Of a DNA stretch of 64,000 nucleotides, positions 24,766-36,198 are shown one piece after another. The translations under genes were made by a program, and so were the position numbers. Every line of letters begins with the position of its first letter. Position 1 is the first letter of the stretch. The stretch is from Octopus vulgaris (lineage: Eukaryota). The notes beneath the pieces were generated by a model that saw only the letters and a program-made list of their open reading frames with translations, was not told the origin of the DNA and made no database searches. The stretch spans positions 75,640,001-75,704,000 of the forward strand of contig OX597824.1 of assembly GCA_951406725.2 (NCBI GenBank), read 5' to 3'.

Positions 24766-27307
24766 AGCTATCAACTATTTCTAGTTTTTCTCCCTGGAAT
24801 GTGGCAGAAGTTGGTCTCAGAGCATTTTCAGTGTTTATTGCTCCTGAGCATCTGCCACATACAAAAACTAACTTCCTAGTTAGCCTTCCTTTGACATTGC
24901 TGCACCTCTTATGTGTCCATAGCTTACACTTGGTGCATCTTATAGAGTTTCTACCTACACCTTTTCTACAGATCGAGCAGGGCCATCTACCTGAAGGCGT
25001 TTGTGATTTGTCTACCTTCCTACTTATTAGGACTTTGGTTTTAGCTAGATTGACTCTAAGGCCCTTCGATTCTAATCCTTGCTTCCACACCTGAAACTTC
25101 TCCTCCAGTTCTGATAGTGACTCAGCAATTAGAGCAAGGTCATCAGCATAGAGGAGCTCCCAGGGGCATCCTGTCTTGAATTCCTCCGTTATTGCCTGGA
25201 GGACTATGATAAATAGGAGGGGGCTGAGGACTGAGCCTTGGTGGACCCCTATCTCTACCCGGAATTCTTCACTGTACTCGTTGCCAACCCTCACCTTACT
25301 AGCAGTGTCCCTGTACATGGCTCGCACAGCTCTCACTAACCATTCATCTATCCCTAGTTTCCTCATTGACCACCAGATAAGGGATCGGGGGACCCTGTCG
25401 AAGGCTTTCTCCATGTCAACAAAAGCCAGGTACAGGGGCTTATCTTTGGCTAGGTATTTCTCCTGCAGCTGCCTTACCAGGAATATAGCATCAGTGGTAC
25501 TTTTCCCTGGCACGAACCCAAACTGCATCTCATCTAAACTAACTCTCTCTCTAATTAGTTGGGCTATGACCCTCTCCGTAACCTTCATTACCTGATCCAA
25601 CAGCTTGATACCTCTGTAATTATTTGTATCTAGGGCGTCACCTTTACCTTTGTAGCAGTTGACTATTATGCTGCTACACCAGTCATTGGGTATGACTCCT
25701 TCGTGTATCACCTGATTAACTATACGGGTGACTAGGCTATAGCCGACACTACCAGATATTTTGAGCATCTCTGCAGTGATTCCTGATGGGCCTGGGGCTT
25801 TCCCTGTCTTCATGCTTCTAATTGCCTTAACTACCAAGGAACTGTCAACTCGGATAGCTGGTCCCTCTGTTGGGTCAACATTCGGCAGACTCTCTTTATC
25901 CCATTCATTTTCTTTATTCAGCAACCTTTCATAGTGGCGTCTCCAAACCTCTCTCTTTGCATCCTCATTTAGCGCAAGTGAACCATCTTCCATGCGAACA
26001 CATTTCTCTCCTACCACATCACAATTCTCTCTCACACACTGTCTTGCAACACGAAACACCTCCAGTCTTTGGTCCTCACGGCGCAGAACATTGGCAAATT
26101 TTTTCTTATCTGCTTCCCCTCTGGCTAGATAGACCTGTCTCCTAGCTTCCCTTTTGGCAGTCTGATACACTTCCCTGCTACCACCATTCTTCCAGTCCTT
26201 CCAAGCCTGTCTCTTTTCTCTAATAGCCCTGTCTACAACATTGTTCCACCACCACGTTACCTTGGGACGAGAGGGGACTTTGCACCAGCCACAGATCTGG
26301 TCAGTGGCTCTCAGCAGGTTGTCCCTTAGAAACGTCCAGTTGCCTTCTACCCCATGTGATACTCTATCCCCTTCTACTTCGTCAAAGGCTTCAAGTAACA
26401 TGTCCCTAAATCTCTGTCCATTCGCAGGATCTTTAAGCTTCCAGATCCTTCTTCTCCATGTTGGTCGTCTTCTGGTTGTCCTCTTAGTCCTGATCCTAAA
26501 GTCACTAACTACCAGTCTATGTTGTGGGGTACATTCTTCGCCTGGGAAGGTTTTGGTATTTATAAGCAGCCATCTTTCCCTTTTCCTGGCAAGGATGTAG
26601 TCAATTTGGCTGGTATGTTGGCCCGATCGGTAGGTGACTAGGTGGCTGGTAGGTTTCCTGAAGTTAGTGTTGCAAATCATAAGATTATTTGCATCGCAGA
26701 ACTCCAGCAGCCTGGTTCCCTCCTCGTTGCGGGAGCCATAGCCATAGCCTCCATGGAAGCCCCCAGCATGTCGTCCAACGTGACCATTGAAGTCACCAGC
26801 CACAAAGAGAAGGTCTCTGTCGTTCGTCAACGAGGTAGTCTGCAGTAGAGTGTCATAGAATCGGTCTTTCTGTCCATCGGGTAGCTCCGGCTGAGGAGCA
26901 TAGGCCGATATAATGGTTGCTAATCCATGATGAAGCACTAATCTAATCTTAAGTATTCTGTCACATACTCTGATTACCTCAATTATTTTATCTACCCATT
27001 TCTCAGCGATAAGTATACCCACACCACCAACTCCGTCAATGTTCCCTGCCCAGAAAATCTTGTACCTGTATTCCTTGCCTGTGAGGAACCTAGCAGAATC
27101 TCCTCTCCACCTTACTTCTTGGATGCAACATATATCAACACATCTCCGTTCAAGCATCTCGACTATCTCGCCAGACCTACCTTTCAGTGTGCCAACATTG
27201 AGGGTGCCAACCCTGAGGGTGTGGGAGGTATGGGCCCTAGAGACCCTGGGACGGTGGACAGTAGCTTCATGTACCTGAAAAGAAAGCTCGCATTTGGCAG
27301 AATTCAT
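24755..27307 (-). CDS. LINE ORF: APE endonuclease, reverse transcriptase and PHD-like finger (ends early at a frameshift)
   Basis: Motifs TLNVGTL, CIQEVRW, AGDFNGH, SQIDYIL (APE); YRGIKLL, QFGF, AFVDMEKAFDRV, GVHQGSVLSP, LYADD (RT); C4-H-C3 pattern CSIC..CTKC..H..C..CGRC. First in-frame ATG is at 27307. Confidence 0.93.
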   Translation of the reverse strand: MNSAKCELSFQVHEATVHRPRVSRAHTSHTLRVGTLNVGTLKGRSGEIVEMLERRCVDICCIQEVRWRGDSARFLTGKEYRYKIFWAGNIDGVGGVGILIAEKWVDKIIEVIRVCDRILKIRLVLHHGLATIISAYAPQPELPDGQKDRFYDTLLQTTSLTNDRDLLFVAGDFNGHVGRHAGGFHGGYGYGSRNEEGTRLLEFCDANNLMICNTNFRKPTSHLVTYRSGQHTSQIDYILARKRERWLLINTKTFPGEECTPQHRLVVSDFRIRTKRTTRRRPTWRRRIWKLKDPANGQRFRDMLLEAFDEVEGDRVSHGVEGNWTFLRDNLLRATDQICGWCKVPSRPKVTWWWNNVVDRAIREKRQAWKDWKNGGSREVYQTAKREARRQVYLARGEADKKKFANVLRREDQRLEVFRVARQCVRENCDVVGEKCVRMEDGSLALNEDAKREVWRRHYERLLNKENEWDKESLPNVDPTEGPAIRVDSSLVVKAIRSMKTGKAPGPSGITAEMLKISGSVGYSLVTRIVNQVIHEGVIPNDWCSSIIVNCYKGKGDALDTNNYRGIKLLDQVMKVTERVIAQLIRERVSLDEMQFGFVPGKSTTDAIFLVRQLQEKYLAKDKPLYLAFVDMEKAFDRVPRSLIWWSMRKLGIDEWLVRAVRAMYRDTASKVRVGNEYSEEFRVEIGVHQGSVLSPLLFIIVLQAITEEFKTGCPWELLYADDLALIAESLSELEEKFQVWKQGLESKGLRVNLAKTKVLISRKVDKSQTPSGRWPCSICRKGVGRNSIRCTKCKLWTHKRCSNVKGRLTRKLVFVCGRCSGAINTENALRPTSATFQGEKLEIVDSFVT

Positions 27308-27779
27308 GAGCAAGTAATACAGTAGCCTTCAGTTCAACCTGCATAACACTACCCTTTCATATTTTGCACTGTATGAACATTACCTTACATAGGAGATAGG
27401 CCAAGACTAGGGGTAGGGATGGTGAAAGAGCTTTTGCAGTCTTCATGGGAAGCAACCCAAGGATGGCAAAGAATAGGAACTTCCGGCATGTGTGGAGGGG
27501 GTGGGAGGGCGGGTGCACCACAAACTAGGAAGAGGTTCTGTTAATCGTGAGAGCAAGAAGGTAGGTTTGAAAAATCTGAGAAAGTCAAATTTTAGGGGAA
27601 AGATAAGTGGCTATGAATATAAGGTTATCTTCGGAAGCAACAGGAAGACAAGACTAAACGAAAAACATATTTACATGAACGGCATGTTACTGAGCTAGAC
27701 AGAGTAATGAGAGAATACTGAAAGAATAATATAATGAGAGAATAATTGAAGAATAGTGAAAGAATAATGATGATATGCA

Positions 27780-28045
27780 TATATATATATATGTATGTAT
27801 GTATGTGTGTGCATAAGTTTGTGTGTCTGTGTTTGTCCCCCCCCCCCCCAACATCGCTTGACAACCGATGCTGGTGTGTTTACGTCCCCGTAACTTAGCG
27901 GTTCGGCAAAGGACACCGATAGAATAAATACTAGGCTTACAAAGTATAAGTCCTTGAGTCGATTTGCTCGACTAAAGGCGGTGGTCCAGCATGGCCACAG
28001 TCACATGACTGAAAAAAGTAAAACAGTAAAAGAGTAAAGAGTAAT
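27780..28045 (+). mobile_element. 3' half of the split family A SINE
   Basis: Microsatellite, then TGTTTGTCCCC...CATCGCTTGACAACCGATG and the GTAAAAGA tail, with no head of its own. Confidence 0.85.
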
Positions 28046-28246
28046 TCTGATAAAGTTTTTGACATCCTTCTACAATAGTTATTTCTACTGGTTACACAAG
28101 ATCATCTGACAATGCGTGCAACCAATATTTTCAAGCCAAATCGTATTTCTCTGCTACATTTCCTGTTTCATCAGGCCAGTGTTATCTGAACCTTCATTGA
28201 CATCCATACATGTATACATACGTACACCTACATACATACCTTCATG

Positions 28247-28745
<499 letters not shown>

Positions 28746-29250
28746 GAACAAGCAAGAAAAAACAACAACGCGAGGTCGAGGAACAAGTATTGTTATTGGA
28801 CGCTCAGGAAAGGAAAGAAAAGAAGGAGGATCTCACGTTCCGAGCGGAGCTCTCCATCAGAAATATAGAAAAAGTCCAAAGAAGGGAAGACGGAGAAAGA
28901 AACTCGCCAACGATACACACGCGGTCACATATTGAAATGACCGGAAGGGAATGGGTGAAGAAAAAGTTATTTCTAAGACAGGAGAGTGCAAGAGGAGGCA
29001 TGTGTGTGTGTATGTGGGGATATGTGCAGGCACGCAGGTCTATGAGTGTGTGTAATGATAGCACGTGTATGTGTGTGTGTGGTTGTAGCTATTTATGTAT
29101 GTGTGTGGTTGGACTAGAGTCGCTTAAGATCGTAGGAAGAATTTATAGTAAGAATTTTGGTAGGAGTGGCTGTCTGTTGTGTGTCTACCTACATACGTGC
29201 GTAGGAGATTGGTCAGTGGAAAGGTGTTTAACTGGTAGTTTGAAGTATGT
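28746..29250 (-). mobile_element. Penelope-like pseudo-LTR remnant with degenerate hammerhead motif
   Basis: Minus strand ATTT-CTGATGG-AGAGCTCCGCTC-GGAAC-GTG-AGAT, with similar layout to 9350-9560. Confidence 0.5.
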
Positions 29251-29617
29251 GTGTGTGCGTGTATGTATATGTTGTGTGCGTGTGTTTTGTGTGCAGTATG
29301 TATCTGTGCGTGTGTGTGTATGTATGTATGTGTAGTGTGGGTATGTGTGTACGTGTGAGGTTGTGTGTAGAGTTGTGTCTGTGGAGCAAATGTAACACAC
29401 ACATACATGTGTATGTGCATACACACAAATATAAATAAATACACACATACATAAACAGACTATTCATTGATTAAGCATTCTCTCTGTCGACAAACTGAAG
29501 AGTACTCTGGGTTAACAATAATGTATTTACTCTACCAAACATATTGAGCACTATTTACATTATTCGTACTACTACATACACATAATGCTACACATGCACA
29601 CATACACAAACACACAC

Positions 29618-29655
<38 letters not shown>

Positions 29656-29714
29656 TGTATATACAAATATTGTGCATATATATATATGTATATATATATT
29701 CTTTTTCTGTTTTT

Positions 29715-29925
29715 TTTCTTTTTACTTGTTTCAGTCATTTGACTGCGGCCATGCTGGAGCACCGCCTTTAGTCGAGCAAATCGACCCCGGGACTTATTCT
29801 TTGTAAGCCCAGTACTTATTCTATCGGTCTCTTTTGCCGAACCGGTAAGTAACGAGGACATAAACACACCAGCATTGGTTGTCAAGCAATGCTAGGGGGA
29901 CAAACACAGGTACACAAACACACAA

Positions 29926-29987
<62 letters not shown>

Positions 29988-30140
29988 GACAGGCTTCTTT
30001 CAGTTTCCGTCTACCAAATCCACTCACAAGGCTTTGGTCGGTCCGGGGCTATAGCAGAAGACACTTGCCCAAGATGCCACGCAGTGGGACTGAACCCGGA
30101 ACCATGTGGTTGGTTAGCAAGCTACTTACCACACATCCAC
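29715..30140 (-). mobile_element. Family A SINE
   Basis: Reverse complement of the family consensus. Confidence 0.88.
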
Positions 30141-30234
30141 TATACCGGAGTAAGCACTTAAATGTGAAACAAGGTGGAAAAAAGAGTACTTAAATACCAG
30201 AGGTAGAGTAATATGCTTTATTTAAAAGCAGCAG

Positions 30235-30270
30235 TGTCCGACGAACGGGAACGTGAAACTCCGAGTAACA
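30235..30270 (+). ncRNA. Minimal type I hammerhead-like motif (U4C core variant)
   Basis: TGT-CCGACGA-ACG(GGAA)CGT-GAAA-CT(CCG)AG-TA-ACA. All three stems pair and the cleavage triplet is GUA. Confidence 0.55.
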
Positions 30271-30611
30271 GCTTTTGTTATATTTCTGCTGCTTTAAAAT
30301 AAAGTATATATAAATACGTATACATATACATACGTGTGTGTATGTGTAAGGTATTATGTGGGTATACGTGCTTGTATAAGTGCGTATGTATGACTGAAGA
30401 AAAAATACTGCAAAAATGTATATATATATTTCTCAGGTTACAAAAATATATTTTGCTAATGGATTCTAAAATAGAGACCAGAAGACCACGATGCAGTCAC
30501 AGAAAACAAATTAAATATATTCATATCTATATATTATTACTCACACAATTTACATATTTCTAACGTACATGTTCCCTGTATATGCAAATTACATTAACGT
30601 GTAGTAAAGGC

Positions 30612-30782
<171 letters not shown>

Positions 30783-30829
30783 AGAAGAAAGCAAAAATCT
30801 CGAGAAATACGTGGAACAAATAGGGGCTG

Positions 30830-30875
30830 CAATAGACGGAAACTGAAAGGAGCCCGTCGTATATATGCATATATA

Positions 30876-30948
<73 letters not shown>

Positions 30949-31225
30949 TTATGTATGTATGTATTTATGTATGTATGTATGTATGTATGTGCGTGTATAT
31001 GTTTGTGTGTCTGTGTTTGTCCCCCCCCCAACGTCGCTTGACAACCGATGCTGGTGTGTTTACGTCCCCGTAACTTAGCGGTGGTTCGGCAAAAGAGACC
31101 GATAAAATAAGTACTAGGCTTACAAAGAATAAGTCCTGGGGTCGATATGCTCTACTAAATGCGGTGCTCCAGCATGGCCACAGTCAAATGACTGAAACAA
31201 GTAAAAGAGTAAAAGAGTAAAGAGT
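30830..31225 (+). mobile_element. 5'-truncated family A SINE
   Basis: Starts at TAGACGGAAACTGAAAG and carries the tail. Confidence 0.85.
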
Positions 31226-32109
31226 ATATGCGTATGAACATAACTAGAAATCAGAATATTACGATAAATTTCAACTGATAGCTATGAGAGTGTACCTTCA
31301 CGTCGACGATATCTTTTGAGTAAAACTGGGGAGGTGATAACTGTGTGGAAACATGTTAATAGCTTGTATCTTTAATTTAGAGGCTCGTCCTTGTTACATC
31401 TTGTGTAACGCTGATTGCACCGGAGAATTATGATGAGCACAGACATGTCTGTGGAATACTCGGTCACTTTATACGTAAATTTAATGAGCAGGATGCTAAG
31501 TCAATACTCATCACAGACTCCGATGGAGACACAATTACCATTTCTGTATGATGTCTCCTTCTCTTTTTAAAGACAGTAGGGTGTGATTTGAGTGAATTTA
31601 TTTGGTGCTGTTTTAGTATATGATGCGTAGCAACCTAGCCTTCTCGTGGCTCGCCACAACGTTATGACGCCATAAACAACGGATGAAATCCAAGGAGGTT
31701 CAAGCAGATGATGAGTGAATGCCACGACATTAGACGAACGTTATCTACTTTAAAGATCGTGTTTCTTGCAATATGAGATATTTTGCCACCAAACGAAAAC
31801 GAATGAAAATGAATAAATAAATAAATAAACAAATAAATAAATAAATAAATAAATAAATAAAACAGGTCAGGGACACAAAATGGTGATTCACTACACAAAA
31901 TGTCACGTCCAAACGTGTTTCGTGGAAGAAAAATGGCTGTAAATGTTCACATCTGATATATGGTGACAAAACGATGAATGAATGATTCTGGGATAAATTT
32001 CACAATAAAATAATGACGTGTCATTTCATCCGTCCTTACGTTCTAAGTTCAAATGCCACCGAGGTCGACTTTTCGGGGCGGGGGGGGGGTCAATAAAATA
32101 TTTACCACT

Positions 32110-32523
32110 TACTCTCTTTTACTCTTTTACTCTTTTACTTGTTTCAGTCATTTGACTGCGGCCATGCTGGAGCACTGCCTTTAATCGAGCAACTCGATTG
32201 TAAGCCCAGTACTTATTCTATCGGTCTCTTTTGCCGAACCGCTAAGTAACGGGGACACAAACACACCAGCATCGGTTGTCAAGCAATGCTATGGGGACAA
32301 ACACAGACATACAAACACACACACACGCATACATATATATATATATATACATATATACGACGGGCTTCTTTCAGTTTCCGTCTATCAAATCCACTCACAA
32401 GGCTTTGGTCGGCCCGAGGCTATAGTAGAAGACACTTGCCCAAGGTGCCACGCAGTGGGACTGAACCCGGAACCATGTGGTTGGTAGACAGGCTACTTAC
32501 CACACATCCACTCCTGCGCCTAT
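32110..32523 (-). mobile_element. Family A SINE inserted in an older family B-related SINE (about 32020-32592)
   Basis: B-type core before it (GTTCAAATGCCACCGAGGTCGACTTT) and B-type tail after it (GGGGTCGATTTAATCG...CCAAAATTTGAAA). Confidence 0.8.
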
Positions 32524-32921
32524 GTACTGGGGTCGATTTAATCGGATTTATCCCTCCCCCCAAACTGCAGGTCTTGCGCCAAAATTTGAAAATTATATAT
32601 TTTGACGAATACCGCCCCTCAAATTTGAAACCTTCTGTCTGTGTTAGATACAAGGTCTCTAAGGATTATCATTCAGTCAAAGAAGGAAGATAAGAAGGTG
32701 GAACGGTGCCTTTGTCCTTTCGTATGTTCTCCCAGACCTGCCAAAAATTGATGCTGTTGGCATTCAGATTTTGAGTGAGAGTTTTGGTGTAAGACAAAAA
32801 GAAAACGTCGAGATTCGTGTGTTAACAACTACATCGATTCCTGTGAGACGAGAAAGTATTGAATTATTAGAAATAGGAGCCAACTATCTCTCATAAATAT
32901 GGGAATGTATGTGCATATGTG

Positions 32922-32975
<54 letters not shown>

Positions 32976-33231
32976 CGTCTGTTATATAAATTTGTATGTG
33001 AACACACACAGAAATATGTACACATACAAAAAACTATTAATGTATATGTACGTACATACATACACACAGACAGACAAATAGATAGATATAGATGTATACA
33101 CGCGCATACATAGATATACGTATCTGTATCCATACACACACACACACACATATGATATGCAAACATATATATATATATACATTAGTGTGTGTGTGTATTG
33201 ATGTGCATACATATATTTATACATTATAAAT

Positions 33232-33302
<71 letters not shown>

Positions 33303-33827
33303 GTTTGTATGTATATGTATTCATGCATATATACACATGCATAGACACATGCATTTATCTACACAATACAGCATTAAAGCTAACTGGCTGTATGACCGAC
33401 AAATTATTCTACGTAATACCCCGAATAACTTGTTCGCCATCCCATTAAGAAGTGTGCCACAAACCATAAAAACACCAGGGTTTTACGATCAATCTCCAAT
33501 GCAAATTTCTCCTCGCTTAATCCCATATTAAGATGGCGACTATAAATCGCCGATAACTGACAGACACACCGCGTACACATGCATACAACTGCATACATTT
33601 ATTCATTAAAATACGCATATACCCAACTGCACACCAGCTCGAGCGTGCGCATTATCTTTCTCCTCTCATCGTTTCTTCAGTTTTATCAATTTATTTCATC
33701 AACCCAAAACTCATTCTTGGGAAGAAAAATGGCGGTTATTTTCACCAGCCATGTCAATTACGCGGGCGCACACATACGCAAACACACACATAAACACACT
33801 CAGTCTCTCTCTCTTTCTTTCTCTCCT

Positions 33828-33858
<31 letters not shown>

Positions 33859-34119
33859 CTATCTGTCTATCTCAGAAACAGAGAAAGACAGAGGAAAGGA
33901 GGCCCGCTTATACAAAAACTGATACAAACGGACTCATACGTAAACGCATTCTTTCCCTTTCCCTCACTCCTATTTTAACTATCTCCATTTATTTCCCCAA
34001 TCCAAGCCCATTCTTGGACAGGAAAAGACCAGTTATTTTCGTAATCACTATGACATTATGTATTACTAAAATACAAACTTGTCGTCAACGTGGAAACAAT
34101 TTATCATACATCAGGAAGA

Positions 34120-34204
<85 letters not shown>

Positions 34205-34206
<2 letters not shown>

Positions 34207-34420
34207 GGCGGTGAGCTTGCAGAATCGTTAAGTTAACTCGCCGGGCAAAATGCTTAGCGGTATTTCGTCCGGCTTTACATTTTGAGTTCAAATTACGCCG
34301 AGGTCCTCTTTAGCTTTTTTTTCCTTTCGAGGTCGATGAAATTAGGTACCAGTTGTAATCGACTCATCCCTTCCCCCCACCAAACAAAATTGCTACCCTT
34401 GTAGCAAAATTTGAAACCAT
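34205..34420 (+). mobile_element. Diverged family B-related SINE
   Basis: AAGGCGGTGAGCTTGCAGAATCGTTA head and GAGTTCAAATT B-box. Confidence 0.75.
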
Positions 34421-34437
34421 TATTATTGTTAATATTA

Positions 34438-34868
34438 TTGAGTGAGAGAGCAGTGCGTGCCATCAAAGTGACACTGGGGTAAAATATACGAAGCCCAATA
34501 TACCCATCATGACTACCCGTCTGATAAGGGTACACCAGGCACATGCATCACGACCATTTGTGCGCGACATGGTGATCTTATATCAAGATAAACAGCACAT
34601 GACCTTGCAGGTGGGGCCCAGTTAGAATTTTCTTCAGGTTGAGTAGCCCATCCCGCTCAAAAGGTCCCTGAATAAGGGTTGTTTAAGGATGTTGAAAGAA
34701 ACACCCATGTTTCCAGAGGTGAATTATTCAAACCCCAAAGAATCCCAACACATGGCTATGATGTTCCCCCACTACTTCTGCTCATGATCAGAGATGCACA
34801 TATCGTCAGCCACTAAGGGACATGCTCAACTGGTTACGGTCAAACAACTGACAAGCAAATCTGTGGTA

Positions 34869-34870
<2 letters not shown>
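34438..34870 (-). mobile_element. Interspersed repeat, probable LINE 3' end inserted in (TTA)n
   Basis: GC-richer block bounded by (ATT)n on both sides and homologous to 8830-9130. Confidence 0.6.
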
Positions 34871-34920
<50 letters not shown>

Positions 34921-35894
34921 ATTATTATTATTATTATTATTATTATTTTTTATTATTATTATTAAGACTATATAGGACCGAGGTAACTCATCCAGAAGTT
35001 ATACAGAAATAAATAGAAGAGTGTCATATCATGTGAAATTGGTTGAACGATATTTCGGCATCTAGCGTGCCTTTCACAGGTTCAAAAATTACATGTCAGT
35101 CTAATTCATTTTGGCGGAATTTGAACTCAGAACATAGCGATTGGCGAAATACTACTAAGCATTTCGTCCAGCACGCTAACAATTCTGCCACCTCGCCGCC
35201 TTATGTGATCGACTAATACCACCCACAAAATTTCAGGTCTTGTGCCTATAGTAGAAAGTATTATTATTATTATTATTATCCAAAGTAGTAGTAGTAGTAG
35301 TAGAGTAGTTGCAGCAGCAGTTGTTGTTGCTGTTGTTGCTGTACAATGGCAACATAATTCAAGCCTCGTCTCTTGTAGTGTAGAAGATTTACATACCAAA
35401 ATTTAAATTGAACACGAATTTATGGGCGAATAACTCACTACATTCGTGTCAACAATGTTTGACTAACATCGCCGTCAATGACTGCTCGGTGAATAATGGT
35501 TTTCCGCTGTGGGCGAAATAGATAAATAAACCATTAACACATGGCGACCAGCATTTGCAAATGTTTCGAGTTTTAAAGATTAGACGCAGGCGTGGCTGTG
35601 AGGTAAGAAGTTTGCTTGTCAACCTATAGGTTTGAGTTCAGTCCCAGTCTGTCGTACCTTGGGCAAGTGACTTCTATTCTAGCTCCGAGCTGAGGAAAGC
35701 CTTGTGAGCTGTTACATGGAAAGAAAACAAACCTGTTATGTATATATATTTCTTTATTACCCACAAGGGGCTAAACATAGAGGGGACAAACAAGAACAGA
35801 CAGGGATTAAGTCGATTACATCGCCCCCAGTGCGTAACTGGTTCTTAATTTATCGACCCCGAAAGGATGAAAGGTAAAGTCAGCCTATGCCACC

Positions 35895-36198
35895 GCTTTG
35901 TTCCTTCTCGAGCCATGCCTGGCTCATAGGGGCTGGTTGCCCGGTTTCCTTTGCGTATAGGTTCCCCACCTGGACGGGACGCCGGTCCGTCGCAGGTGAG
36001 CTGTAAGATGCAGGAGGAAAGAGGGAGAGACAGTTGTGGCGGAAGAGTCAGCAGAAGTTCGCCATTACCTTCTGCCAGAGCCGCGTGGAGCTTAGGTGTT
36101 TCGTTCATAAACACACACATCGCCCGGTCTGAGATTCGAACCCGCGATCCTGCGACCACGAGTCCGCTGCTCTAACCACTAGGCCATGTGCCTCCATG
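35895..36198 (-). mobile_element. tRNA-derived SINE (OR-like, related to family C)
   Basis: Minus head GGAGGCACATGGCCTAGTGGTTAGAGCAGCGGACTC...GGTTCGAATCTC. Matches the copy at 51180-51480. Confidence 0.85.

Larger units (their letters stand above)
23655..27775 (-). mobile_element. Near full-length RTE-clade LINE (about 4.1 kb)
   Basis: Single EN-RT ORF, 3' UTR with 62-bp repeats, 3' end ATGCTAGCATGGAAAGCGGACGCTAAACG followed by (ATG)n, and about 460 bp of 5' leader. Confidence 0.93.

Noticed and set aside
27313-27775. HDV-like ribozyme in the RTE 5' leader
   Set aside because: Expected in some RTE elements, but no nested double-pseudoknot pairing could be found by eye.
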